The position numbers and the translations under genes are program-made. Below the pieces are notes generated by a model, which worked only from the letters and a program-made list of their open reading frames with translations, was not told the origin of the DNA and made no database searches. Positions 11,450 to 24,141 of a stretch of DNA of 64,000 bases are shown here, piece after piece. Where the stretch lies: positions 55,490,001 through 55,554,000 of the forward strand of contig OZ296657.1 of assembly GCA_965655095.1 (NCBI GenBank), in the 5' to 3' direction. The stretch's first letter is position 1. Every line of letters begins with the position of its first letter. The DNA is from Haplodiscus bocki (taxonomy: Eukaryota).

Positions 11450-13190
11450 GCCGGAATAAAACTAGTAAGGAACGTTTATTGGGACGCTGCAGTTAGAACG
11501 AACTTTATTACGCAGTTGATTCTGTGGTGAATATATACAAAAAATTTGTTGAGGCAAATAAGGTACTCATTGTTGCAAGGCCTTTGAATAAAATTGAAGA
11601 TGTTGGATTCCAGGGTTCTGATGCATCTCCCGGCTGTAGTAATAGAGTGAGTCTATCAGTAGTTATCTCCTCCTTTGTTTTAAGGCAGACCACTGACCGC
11701 GGAACCCAAGTTCGGCCCTCCACTTTTGTTTTAGGATAGGCTAGATTTCACTAATATATTAGGGTAGGGTATAGTATGTATTGAGACGATGTTAAGGTTT
11801 ACTCATTGTATTAAAATATGGTCCAACTCAATACAATAGGATAGGTAAAAATTCAGAATAGAGAGCCAAACCATTGTTTGAAAAGCGACGTTCTTGTCAC
11901 TGTGTGATTTTTTTCTATAGTTCTGGCGCCAAGCGGGGCTTTTTTGGAACGTAGGTTGATATTTCAAGCCTCTGCGGGTTTTTCAGGACGTAGCATGAAA
12001 TGTTTAGACCTAAAAATTGTAACATTGGAGTTGCTGGATAACTCAAAAGAAAATCGGATAAAAAACACGCCCACAGATTTTCTTTGGCCTGAGCACTCAG
12101 GAGTATTGGGAATTGTAAAGTTAGCAACTGATCGCTGAATGTCTGCAATTCTACATTAAAATGAGTGCTCGAAAAATTGAATAAGTTAACTAGAAGTTAC
12201 ATGGTTTAACGAAAACGTTGTTGAACCGGCACACTTCCATTGGAAAAAACGAAAAATTACTGTTAATTACTGACAAGAGAAAGTAAGTTAACTTCGTGAT
12301 TACCAGTACTTTGTTGACGGATCTTGAAGAGATTGAAAACTGCATATATTGTGAGCAAACAGCTGGCGATGGAAAGAGATTGTAGTGGCTCTGACAACAT
12401 AGTACTGATATAGGAAACTGTACTTTCCACATCTGAGAGTGTCTGCAAAGTACAAGTTGTGACAAGACTAAGCAGTCGTTGTCGATTCCTCATCCTGCGT
12501 ATTGCTGGGTTTCGTAATTTAATTGGCAAAGACCTTAATGGGAAAAATCGGGACAACGTCTGAAAGGATTGATCCCAGTTTCCGATAAATGAATTAAAGG
12601 ATGTGATTGAATGTTTGGTGCAGAGCTACATTATCCATTTTAAATTTTCTTTCCAACAACACCAAATTTGTCCTCTGCGACCGGAAACGTTCGTTCTCCC
12701 ACTAAAATGAGTTCCGTAAAAATTATTGAAGCAGGGTAAACATGAGCTCTATTCTCAATAGTTTTCTTTTTAATTCGGAGTGATGATTGTTTTAAGTTGC
12801 ATTTATCTTGAAGTCAACTCAAACAAAAGCACATAATGGTCTTTGAAACTATCATTAGGAATGGAGAAGATATCATCCTAAAATGTCATTGCCTTGTTTG
12901 TCGTAACATGCAGGGGACAGTTACCAGTAGCAACAAAATTTGAAGTTAGCTGACCTATTCTCTTTGTTGTGATTTGTCTGAGATAAAACTGCCAATATTA
13001 GATCGCAGAATCGACAAACCATCAAGTGAATGCAGAGTTTGTGTTCAATGAAAAAACATTCGGAGGAACTGAAGCCTAGCTGGAAAAGTTTTCTTGGATG
13101 AACTGATTCGGTCTGGCAAAAAGGACAAGAGTTGTTACTAGAGTTTCTAAATTTTTCATATTTCTATTTTTTAGGAGTTTATGCGGGGTT
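11450..13190 (-). mobile_element. Possible 3' fragment of an env-bearing LTR retroelement
   Basis: Minus-strand ORF 12263-12556 ends in a hydrophobic TM-like stretch (LSIASCLLTIYAVFNLF). It is followed by LTR-like noncoding DNA with AATAAA signals (~11475, ~11505) and separates two Polinton modules. Confidence 0.25.
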
Positions 13191-13199
13191 GTAGACTTT

Positions 13200-13910
13200 T
13201 TTCTCGTGATAATCCTTCCTGTCAGCAATACAACGAGTGTGAGGCCAATAATCGACTACTCCAAGCTCAACGCTGGGGGTGTCAATAATGGTGTAAAAAT
13301 TAGGTAGAGCTCTAATTAGTCGTAGCATTTCTTAGAAAGATAGAGCGGTTCAAAAACTGAGAAAAAGTCAACACTTTCTTTTACAATACAACAGGAAGCC
13401 ACTGGATGTCTCAAGCAATTTCATTCTCCTCGAAAACAACTCAAGCAAGCGTGCGTCCATAAATTCATCAGGAGATTCTTCATTGTCTTACACTTGGCAT
13501 TGCAAAGTTCTACTGTATTCAAATCTAGCTCTCTTGAATTTGTTGGAAACGTACGGTTTGTGCGGAAAGAGTTCATTTGAATTGAAAGTTTGTTGGTCGT
13601 TGATGTACATTCTAACACTGGGAAAAAGAGTGAAAATTGTTATCTACTAAAAGAAACGAAAGAAAAGAGAAGGTCTTCCTCCATGTTTTCTCTATTGTAC
13701 CCTCAGGTTGTGACCATTTTTTGTTTTTTTTTAGCCCAATAACTCTGCGTCAAATAAACGTACTATTTTCCATCCTTCTGAAAATCAAACTCTATGCAGC
13801 TCTCATCGTTTCATTGAACGAAGTAATAGTATAAACTGCTTGATCTTTGCACATCAGGCCATTGTCAACAGGTGGAATTTGCCCTCCATTTTTTCGAAAA
13901 ATTGCCACCA
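13200..13910 (-). pseudogene. Polinton major capsid protein, N-terminal half (module 2)
   Basis: CIEFDFQKDG..., VRMYINDQQTFNSNELFPHKPYVSN, GFLLYCK..DFFS..LRLIRALPNFY. Confidence 0.8.
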
Positions 13911-13949
13911 ATTTTTGGTGGCGAAATTTAGTTGACACTAGTAATGACA

Positions 13950-14293
13950 AGCGTCTGAAATAACGTATCTACGCCACCGACTGTCTTTTTTGTAGATTTT
14001 GCTGGAATGAATCTTTCTTTTCGCTACCAGTACTCAATTTTGTTTCAAAGTTGGCCGTCACACACTCTTTGCAGTTGTCTGCATAACAATCCAACACTTG
14101 CAATTTCAACATCTTCTGGCACAGTAAAAATCATCAAGTCAATTCTGACATGCTTGGCAGATGGGGCGACATACTTAATCAAAAGATGACACGCTGTTTT
14201 CCCATTACTTTGTGAAATTTCACCGAGCGCGCTCGCACGCTGTCGACAAGAACTTCTTTTTAATTGAACTTCAAATCATCCCGGAGCAACCAT
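13950..14293 (-). pseudogene. Polinton small basic ORF (RQRG.G motif family) remnant (module 2)
   Basis: MVAPG..CRQRASALGEISQ..KYVAPSAKHVRIDLM...PE; located between penton and MCP. Confidence 0.6.
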
Positions 14294-14309
14294 CTTTTTC
14301 TGTCTTTTT

Positions 14310-15086
14310 TGCAAGAAATCAATGTTGAATGCTTTTCTAAACATCAATACAAGTTGAGTGATACATACAGATTAGAAACGTCTTCTTTCTTTGCTCGCAT
14401 GACGGAGTGAAAGCTTCGAAAAGACGTTTTGGGCAGCGGTCCATTTTGTAAATCTGTAATGCTCTGTTAATCTCTGGATTGTCCCAATAAAATGTCGCCA
14501 ATTTTAGGTTTGACATGAAGGACAAACAGTGCGGCAAAAGACGTTTGTATGACCTACATTTTTGTACTGAATCAATTCTGTGTATATTATGAAAAAACGT
14601 ATGTGGACCAGGTCATAAGTAAACTCTGCTTTTGAAGTTTTCCATTTTTCAGCAATACTTTTAGTTCATTGCCACCATTGCTTCCAAAAATGGCACGTGA
14701 GTTCATGCTAAAGAATGCAACCACATTGTTCTTTTGCAAAACAAACGTCAACGTTAAGCTTTCTTCGTAACCCTTTGTCTGCGATACAACATCCGTACTG
14801 ATTGCGTCGCTCTTGAACAACGTAAGCTTACCTTCTACGTTATCTGTTCTGAAAAGGTACGGAGCGGGGTCCAGGTAGTAAAATTTTGAAAAGATTTTGG
14901 ATAGAAAAACATGAATTTGCCATCTGTAACTTTTTGATACATTGACGGGTGGGATTCTACAGAAAATGCATCATAGCATTGCACATTTTGATCGAGTTGC
15001 CGCGGCAAAGAGTTTGCAAGAGTCGTTAGTTTACTTTCTGGCATTCCTTGAGAAAGTAGTCTTTTATGAACGATTCCGTTGTTCAC
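14310..15086 (-). pseudogene. Polinton minor capsid (penton), full-length remnant (module 2)
   Basis: LANSLPRQLD...SHPSMYQKVTDGKFMFF; AFFS..AIFGSN; IYTELIQYKNVGHT..LPHC; ends LMFRKAFNIDF. Confidence 0.8.
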
Positions 15087-15089
15087 GGA

Positions 15090-15975
15090 TTTTCATCAAT
15101 TCTTTGTTATTAAATTCGACAAGTAAAATCCCAACATGATCATCTTCTAACGTGTGTATTGGTGTTTTTTGGTGGCAATCACAATACTTACGAAAACTTT
15201 CTGATACATTATAACTTATAGCCCTATCGGAATGGTAAATGAAACTTCGAGATGCAAACTCGGTCCCAGTTTCTGATTTTGCGTTTCTTTTTTTCCGGTA
15301 GTTGTTTGATAAACGAAATGGACACAAAGTCGACATTGTTTCCACGTTCCTTGATTTTGACTCAATCAAAAATTTCCTCTAGAGCTGAGGGTTGTGACAA
15401 ATTTAGTACTACTGTGAAGGTTTTTGTGTCTCCATAGTATTCCATTTAAAGGTAAAGAAAAATTATTTAAAGATAGTTGTTCACTTTCCGCAAATGCAGT
15501 TTCAGTCTCAATTCTTGTCAAAAACCTTTCTGTTCGTTTGGTTTGGCAAACTTTCTCATACTCTCCATCAATTTTTGTATCCTTGTGTCACCCAACAAGT
15601 TCTTGGTTCGAAACATATGTTTTTGAATTTGAAAAAGGTCAAATATATTTTTTTGGAAACCCTTGTTGTTCCTGCTCTTGCATCTACTGCTCTATGAAAC
15701 AAGGCTTGATTAACTAGTAAACAGTTTACATTGTTATTATCATACGCTAGTTTAGCAACAATTTTCGGATTCACTCTTCAAATTTCACATTTGAATCTAG
15801 CAAAAAATATCAACTTTTCAGTTACGTGTCGCTACAGTAAATTTTATGTACAAAGTTTGTGAATGCAAAAATTGTTTCAGTTTTTAAACTGGTAGAAAGG
15901 TGGGTTTCATTAAAATGTGCACAAACGCAAAAACATCACCGCCCTGCGTGTACATTTTTTGTAGATCGCTCAGAT
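15090..15975 (-). pseudogene. Polinton retroviral-like (RVE) integrase (module 2)
   Basis: LQKMYTQGG; KLAYDNNNVNCLLVNQALFHRAVDA; ETETAFAE; FVTTLSSRGN; KSETGTE..S; KTPIHTLEDDHVGILLVEFNNKELMKI. Confidence 0.85.
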
Positions 15976-16640
15976 TCTGAATGGGACCCAGTTTTCTCCC
16001 GTTTCGACTGTGGCAAGTTGATGCAGAACTAACATTGGATTTATACCAGCAGCAAGAAGTGAATTAAAGCTCTGGAACATCTGTAATTCTACGAAGCCTT
16101 TGTCGAGCAAAGACTGAAAATAAACCTCCTACTCTACACCATCAGAGAATAGTGGTTCAGAATTTGAAATCTTAATACGAAGACAAGAGTGAGTTTTGTC
16201 CGTCTTTGAGTCAGCGTTGGCAAAAGTTTTTGTTTGTTTCCTTTTTAGGCGAATCAATTTGATTTGTGGGATTCTCTTAGTTTGGTTTTCAAAAATTCCT
16301 TCTCCACGATGGTTTGCGCGATCAAACGTATGTTGTACACAGAATCAAGAACGAAAATTTTTGACTCCATATCAATTTGAAAAGTTAATAGTCAGAGGAG
16401 TGACAATTGTTTTGGGCTTTAGGCGTTCTTGTGATACCGAAGTTGTTTCACGCTGTTTCCAAGTAGAGTTTGATTAAAGAAGTAACCACACTTCTTTTTG
16501 CAACTATGCTACGAGTTGTCTTTTTTTGCTTTGCTGCCTTTCTCGGAGCAGGTTTATTCCGCATCCGCGCAGGAACAATAGATTTTCTTTTAGATTCACC
16601 TGCAGAGATTGATTTTGGCACTTGCGGTCAAACATTGGGA
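15976..16640 (-). pseudogene. Two conserved unnamed Polinton ORFs between ATPase and integrase (module 2)
   Basis: KENLLFLRGCGINLL...STWKQRETT and CLRIKISNS..DGVE..LAAGINP..WVPFRI*. Similar ORFs recur after the ATPase in modules 3 and 4. Confidence 0.55.
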
Positions 16641-17345
16641 CTACTTGGAAAGTAGAGCTATTTTCGTCTGTGTTGTCCATCGACTTTGATTGCTTCAATT
16701 GTTGAAGGCTAAAAGTTTTTGAGGAAAAGGCTTTGATGCTCGTAGAGGTAGGTAGTCGAACGTCTGTTCCTGGAGACAAGTCCATCAAAAAGTAACCAAA
16801 AACAACCGTAGGGATCAAGCGTTGCGTGTGAAAACCAGTCAACCAGCGCCGATATGAAACATATTTGTTTAGTTAGCGTAGTATATTGACTTCCATCAGG
16901 TCACGGGGGGGGGGGTTGCAGTGAACAATATGTGTTTTAAAACTCAACTTTCCGGTTCAGTTTACTTTAATGACACAAGTTGTGTTGGAAAAAAAGTGCT
17001 CAATCCCCATTGTCTTCTAGCAGTGTTCAAATCAACAATTATTTTTTGAAACACAATTCTCTGGACTGGAAACGTGAAAGACAAACAAGTGTTTTGTGTT
17101 TTGTTTGTTTCTTTTCAAACAGTAGATGAATTCAGTCTGTGTACCTCAAAAAAGTTCGAATTTTTTATTTGTTTTGCCTGACTTTGTAAAGTAGTTGGCA
17201 TTCAAGTGAAAAAAATAAAAGTCATCATTTTTTGGTTGAATTGATCTATTTGTCGATTATTTGTGATTATGTTGCTTTTTCCTAGTCTGAGATGGTCCAG
17301 GTAATGATTTAAGGGCGGGATTTCTTTGTTTAGAAAACTTCGTTC
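16590..17345 (-). pseudogene. Polinton A32-like packaging ATPase (module 2)
   Basis: Decayed Walker A SLPGPSQTRK (~17280-17310); TARRQ (cf. AGRH); HNLCH*SK; THIV...PRDLM; FGYFLMDLSPGTDVRL. Confidence 0.85.
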
Positions 17346-17689
17346 GTAACCTTGGTGAGTGTAAAATTCATCTGGCTGTACTACAGAAAACTACCAGCCA
17401 AGCCTTTTGAAAGATCAGTTTTCCAGGAGCGAAGTAAAACAATCAACACAAGTCAGGCAAAAACGACATTGGAAGATTTGGAGCAGCTTGGTGACAGACA
17501 GGGCAATATTTCTTTCTCTTGAATTTTTGTCGTCAAAGACATTATACCTAGCTTTGCCCTTTGCAGTCGGGCAGTGAACTAGTTTTTACGCTCAATCGGT
17601 AACCAAGGAGTTGCAACAAAAAAAACTAAAAAAATTCATACACTTAGATACAGGCAATACAATTTATAACACAACCAAACAAAGTTTAC

Positions 17690-18140
17690 GACTCCAAGTG
17701 CTGCTTTGTCCAGTTACCAAACGTTTCTCATTCGCACTTTGTACTATGAAGGGTAGTCGTCTGTTGGTGTGGGTGACTGGACCAAACCCACATTTTTAAC
17801 CTCCTTTGGAATCTAAATTTTGGTGAGTTTAGGAGCAGCTACGGTCATCTAACCATTTTCACACTCTATTTTCCATTTTACTCACAATTGTGCTTCTCGG
17901 TATCCCTTCCGCACAATGTTTGGCCTTTTCATTTTCGAGAAAAATGTTAGGAGCTCCCTGTTGTCCAAATTTGCACTCGTCTACAAAGTTCGGTGTTGAT
18001 GTTTTCCTCAGCAAGTATTTTTTTTGTGGGCTTGCACTTTTTTGGTGAAGAATTGAATAACCCTATATTTCGCTTTGGTAAAAGTTCCCAACATCCTAGT
18101 AACGTCATTATCTAGAAAATCAGGGACTGGAAACATACTG
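17690..18140 (-). pseudogene. Polinton accessory DEDD-exonuclease-like ORF remnant
   Basis: PKKCKPTK..., CAEG..K, LDDRSC, TTLHSTK resemble the PP..., AKG.EK, LE..GCP and HCA motifs of small viral exonuclease-like proteins. Confidence 0.4.
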
Positions 18141-20049
18141 CTTCAATAATTGGTGAATATGAAAACGACGGGCTGAAAAAGTTTTGCATAAAGACCAAAG
18201 TAAACTCCAAATACGTGACGAAGCAAGGATGATTTTGGTCCTTGTCCTATCATGAAACAGTAGCCACGTCTTTTGCCAGTATGTGACCGCACAACAGCAG
18301 CAAGGTCATGTAGTTTCCCAACTAGTCTAATTAATTACTTTGGAGTTGCAGAGTCAAAATAGGTGTTTCCATTGGCAAAAAATTTCACCAAATGTCAAAT
18401 GGAATTTTTTAATCCATATCACGTAAAGAGGTGCCATCGCCCTAACAGTAATGAGGAGTTGGAAGTTAGTTTTTGCGAACATCAATGTTATCAAACGATA
18501 TTTTTTCCTCCCCAGTGTAAAGTCATAAAGCTCTCCAGGAAATAAACATCTACTTTTGATGATATGTGTTTCAATTAAGCTTTGGTGTGTCATCCAGTAC
18601 AAAACAAAGCTTGAAAAATTTGTCAATATAAATCGTTACCTAAAATAATTTTGGTCAGAGGTTCTGGTATTCTGCCATTGGCAGGTTGACTTTTCTTTAA
18701 GGTAAATATTGTTCTGGGGATCCAACACAAAAATGGTCGGTTGCTTTCTATCAGTCTTGAAGTGTACAATTACATTTTTCTTCTTGTTGTATAATTTGCA
18801 GTTTGGACACGAACATTCATCTTTGCGATCAGTCTGTTCAGTATTTGGTAGTTTTTACACTTCGAGCACAGTTAGCGAAGGTCTTTCCGGAGAATTATCA
18901 GGAGTTGTAAAAATATCATGACACTGCCCCAGTTTTGACTCTTGCTAACGAAACGATTTCTAATATCTCCAACGCTCTATACCATCCTGACCCAAAAAGG
19001 GAGAAAAATGACAAAAAGTAGCTGTATGCAAAAACCTTTACAAGACTTTACAAATGTGTTGAGCAGTCCTACTTTCATCAAAAACAAAAATCTTAAATCG
19101 GGTAGATATATAAACCAACTTTTCCCATAACTAACCTGAACAGTTTGTTGAAATTTCCCTTACTCCTTCTTTCTTGCAAGAAATTAGATTTGAGCGAATG
19201 AACTCTGTGCTTTCTCCACTGTTTCGCAAAAAACCTTCTGTTTGGACGGACTATCTGTTGAACCACTTTGGGAGGCAACTTGAGATGTTCAATCTTATCC
19301 TTGGACTTTAATTGTATATTAACCGCGGAGTAGTTTTCCCTTCTGCAAAAAATTCCTCTGCATCAATTAGCTGGAATCGTAGTATTATTAATTAGTTGAA
19401 ATCGGCTGCGTACTCCTAAAGTTTGTACCAGACGAAAACGTTTGATTCTAGCTTTCTGAGAGACTTTGAGTGGAAGTTTCAGGAACTTGGACTCAATTTT
19501 AGAAGAAAACAAAAGTTCATATCGGTTTTGGTTTTTTCAAAAGTTCACTTAATCAGGAAGAGTTAGCTTGTCCATAGAAGCAGTGGTGTTGTAAGATCTG
19601 AATTTTGGTCATTTTTGAAGCATGTTGATGGTGCAGAGACAGCAAAATTAAATGTTTTTGAGAACGGAAGGACTAAGGATAGTTTCCGATCTGAAACTGG
19701 TTGAAAATAGACGCTTCTGCATACTCGTTTGGTCAATGCCACGTGTTTTTTCCATATATCTTGCTTCTGCGTTGTCATTGAAATCATCTTTTCTTACACC
19801 TGGAGGCTCCACTTTTTTTAGTAAGCTGATGGAAAAAAATTTAACATCGTTTTTCAAAAAAAAATTGTGAATTGTGCTGATATTTTTCTGATAATTTGAT
19901 GGCTGCCGTTCTGATGCAAGCGAAAACTAACGTATACGCAAAATGGTTTTTAAAGGGTCTTCCTTGTGCAATTGCATACGAAAAACACATCGTACAAGGG
20001 TATAAAGACTACGTCTTTGCCCACGCCGACAAGAGCGCGTGTTTTTCAC

Positions 20050-21230
20050 GCAGGTGCATGTGTCACAATTTACTGCTTCGTGATTTGAAGAACTTTTACA
20101 GAAAATGAAAGCATTCTGCTTCAACTATCAACACGGTAAAGGTATATAAACACCTTCCAAATATCGCTTCGAAACTGTTGCCAAGATGCAACAATTAATC
20201 GAGAAGATGAAAAGAGCAGTCCGCTTCAACCAACGTAAGAGAGGACTGGAGAAATCCCCAGTGTTAAAAAAAACTACGCTTGATGATAGAATTTGAAGAA
20301 CACTAATTGAAATCATCCCAATAAGCGAACCAACACAAACTAGTGGAATGGTGTTTGCCGAAAAAAAGGTAGATTAGTTTTTGAATATTTACGATTTTTA
20401 TATTGCTCAAATAAAAAAATTGATAATAACATCTTTTCGAATATACCAGTTTTTCAGCTCTAAGAAATTTGTACCAAGGGATTGGTTGTTCAAAGCCAAA
20501 CGTCAATATGGAAGGCAGGAATCCGAAAACTTTAATTAGGGCATTTACCAATAAAAGAACATCAATCGTTAGACAAAAGCATGCAATACGCCCAAGAAAA
20601 AGTTTCCGAAAATCCATTGCTAGTTTTCTTGGGTACCAAAACTGCGGTAGATATTGTCCCGCACCCAATCTCAGCAACTCTTAGTTTTTTTGTTCCCGTC
20701 AACGTCCTTGAGTTTTTCTAGTCTTTCATGACCTTCAATGAAGCTATTGAACACAATGCAATAAAAGTTCTAAATTATTCAATTTCTTGTTCTGAGACGG
20801 TTGCATTTTAGGAACACTGTACATTTGTAACAATTTAGCTTTCACAAGGTTCCGTTGGTTGACAGTTTCGGTCCAAGAACAACTTTCGTCAGAAACGAAT
20901 TTACTCCAAATTGAAAATGGATTTGTCGTGTGCTCAATTTTAGTTTTTACGAAAAGTGCCTATTTTCAAAAGAGAAAGTGTATTTCAATTCTGATCTGTA
21001 CAACAAGTTAAGATTGATGTTGGCAACAGAGGGGATCAATCAGCCAGTTCCTGAAAAGATAATTTTGGAAAACAGATTTTGGAAAGAGCTTTTTCACATG
21101 CCTCTGACTTTAAATAAGAGTGAATTTTCGAAATATTTGATCCTGAAAAAAGACATGCAATCAAGATATCTGGTCCCAGCTCATTTCCCCCCTAAAATGG
21201 CATTTTTCTACTTTTCGTGTGTTTTTTGAG
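20050..21230 (+). pseudogene. Possible primase-associated SF3 helicase remnant
   Basis: Scattered weak motifs (KVYKHLP, LIEIIP, QFSFHK, KEKVYFNS in ORF 20930-21229). Walker A is not preserved. Confidence 0.3.
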
Positions 21231-21749
21231 GAACTTCATGCTTTTCGTGACTGGAAAAAGTTACAAGGTGTCAGATGTTGCCTCAAAGGTTTCACCAGCT
21301 ATCTGTCTTTGAATCGGAAAAACTACAGGTTACCGGCTTTTGGATAAGTATAGTGAAGTCCAAAGTTCATTTATAACCTAGTTGCATCACAAAAACTTTT
21401 CACCACCATGAGAAAAAACGCCCCAAAAAACATCGTCATAAATTAATGGCATTCGCCGTCCCAGCAATTTTTTCCGTACACATTCCACTGGAGATTGAAT
21501 TGGTGATTTAGCCCTGGTGCACCATTTTCTCCCCTGTGTGAACGTGATAGCAGCAACAACAAGCTGCTACTAACGAGATTAACAACAAGGAAGGTGGTTT
21601 GGAAGAACAGAGCGAACTACGAAAAAACAAAATACTATAAAAACTTTTCATATTGATTTACATACAGAGTAGAGAAACTTGAAACGAGTTTCCGTGAATA
21701 AACCCAGAAAACTTTCGAATTCTGCTGCCAAAACGTCAAATTCTTAGCA

Positions 21750-23950
21750 ACCTGGTACAATCCATCAAAAGTTCCGATACTGTGTGTCACGGTGGGAAGT
21801 TTCCTTTGTTTTATTGTTCCTCACTCCCAAACTGGTTTTCAATCACTGAACACGTTTCAAATTCGTTGAAAATTGCTAAGGTAAAAGAATGTCAATGACT
21901 GATCGAAACACTGCGCCCGTGTGAAAGTCGTAGTTTTCCCAAAGAAGCTCACAATAATCCAGATCCGACAAATGATAGCCGTTTCTATCTATCTTCTTTG
22001 CACCTATTGTTCAAATAACTTTAGCTGCATGTGCAATTTACCTTCCTGTTTCGGAGTAATTGCAACCCTCGCTAGATTTTTGTCCAGAGCGCCTTTTGCG
22101 TGCTGATGTATCAAATTCCACGCAGCAAAGGGATTCCTTTGTCTGCTGCTTGGCAACATTTGGACAAAAATTTCCACGTTCAGAATTACATAAACTATTC
22201 CAGAATCCGGAGTCAACGGGACAGCGTCGTTGAAGACTGAGAAAACGCTGCTGTTTTAAAACGGAGTTGCTAATAATTAGCTTTAGTAAAATTGTATGAG
22301 CCAAGGCGAAGTTGTGTCAATTGTTTCCAATTTGGTTTAGTGGTAATCTATTTTGCTGAAATTCGGGCGGAGTTGATTGTGATTGACCGCGGTTTTTCTT
22401 GTCGTTTTAAGCTGAATAACCTTAGATCACAAATCATTAGAAACAAGCTTGTTTGATTAAGGATGGGAAATCGCAGTCACGGTATGTGGATGCGTATTGT
22501 AGACAAATATGATCGCTTCTGTCGAGAGATTTTGAAGTATTCCTATGCATGCACTTTTCGCGGAACTCTTTTCAACCAGACGAAACACGCTTCCAATAAA
22601 TTTTATAGTTTTTGGTCTTAGCAGTCTTTGGGCTCGAATGGGCTTTGTATTGTGAATACTATGGATTGAAAGACTTTTTTGAGCAACGTAATATCAGATC
22701 CTGTGTAACTGTTCATTTTCGCGTATGTTAAAGTTGACAGTTTTTAAAAGTAGAAACTGGTTACCGTGTATCTCATTTTTTTCGAAAGAAAAGCTGGCAG
22801 TTTTTGTTGTTCCGAAAACGGCTGGATAAACGAAGATGTTCCAATGAAAATTCAACGAGTTTTTCATTGCAATGAGCAAAGGGAAGTTATTTTGAAATTG
22901 TACTCCCAAGGGAAATTTTGATATTCGGTACTGGAATTTGCAGACCTTTGTTCTTTTGACATAAAGCTGTGAGATACATAAACGAACTAACGGGTTCACA
23001 ACCAAGTTCGTTTATGGAATTTTTCATTTCTTCTTGGAAGATAAAAAGTTGGTGTGTGTGCAAACCTCAAAGTCGCAACCGTTCGTTTTCCAAACATTTT
23101 CTGTTGGAGGCTTTATGAACTCGTGCTGGTCGATGGTAGACTGTGAACTGCTAAAAAACGGATTGTTAAAAAGACAAGTTACGTCCGTTTTGTCCTTTTC
23201 CATTCTGGTAATTTTTTGGAAAATGATTTTAGTTTGCTCAAACTACGTTGCTGTATTTTGACAAACACCCAGTGCTTTCACTCAATTACTTTGACAAAAA
23301 TTTTTATCGTTAGTGGAATGGCAGAGACCATGCACATTAATTAAGGATTTTGACTGCCATTGATCGATTGAGCAGTGTTTTTTTAAAAACAGCCATATAG
23401 ACCTCTCTTTTCACATGACTTTGTAAAACAATGAGTTAGCAGTTAAAGTTTTGATGGGCTCACTGGCTTCTTTTCTTTGGTTAACGGCAGGATTTTACGT
23501 CCATACTTTATTGGCGCTGAAAATGGGAGCGTTTGAATTTTACACTAGACAAACACTTTTCAACTAAAAATTGTTTTTTTTCCTAAAAGTTTTTTGTTTG
23601 ACAGTTGAAACGAATTTGCACACGATAAACAATTAGTTTTTCTCAGACAAGTCTTTTCCCTGTCATTCGAACTTGATCGGGTTGACGGATCGTCTCTGAC
23701 AAACTGGTGCCCAATCGAAGTACGATTGTTTCTTTTCGTAGCTCAGGAAGACTGTCTCCGTATCAGAGGAACGGGTTCCATTTCTTTTGTTTTCGCACTC
23801 TGGGACGTTTTTCGAAAAACTGGCTTCAACAATTGATAGAGAACAGCTTCAAGTAGTTTTCTGTTGAAGTTTAATACGTATATCTTCGCTTCAGTACCTT
23901 CGGGGCTTTTCGTTATTTGAGGTTCAACTTTGATTAAGAATTCCTTCTAT
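21750..23950 (-). pseudogene. Cluster of small Polinton accessory ORF remnants (some PC4-like), divergent from pPolB
   Basis: Partially open frames 22004-22304 and 22694-23005 (FSFEKNEIHGNQFLLLKTVNFN) and a well-preserved stretch at ~23390-23530 (APIKYGRKILP..SEPIKTLTANSLFYK). Confidence 0.4.
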
Positions 23951-24141
23951 CGTTTTGTTAGTCTGTTTCTGTTTTTCCGGTAATGTGAATTAGTGTTCTT
24001 GAAATTCATAATTGTATGTCTAAGTACAATGCGTAAAAGTGAAGAGTATTTATTGGTCGTTACTTTTTAGTGTTGATGCAAACTAGTTGCTTCAATCTTA
24101 AAGTTAACTGAAAACTTGTATGTACTTCACATAAAACGGAA

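Noticed and set aside
11923-11940. TGGCGCCAAGCGGGGC as a tRNA-Lys-type PBS
   Set aside because: The match is imperfect, it is not preceded by an LTR-terminal CA, and no plus-strand gag follows.
19900-20680. Minus-strand MCP C-terminus or cysteine protease
   Set aside because: Only vague similarity, in the wrong position relative to the MCP; the plus-strand helicase reading fits slightly better.
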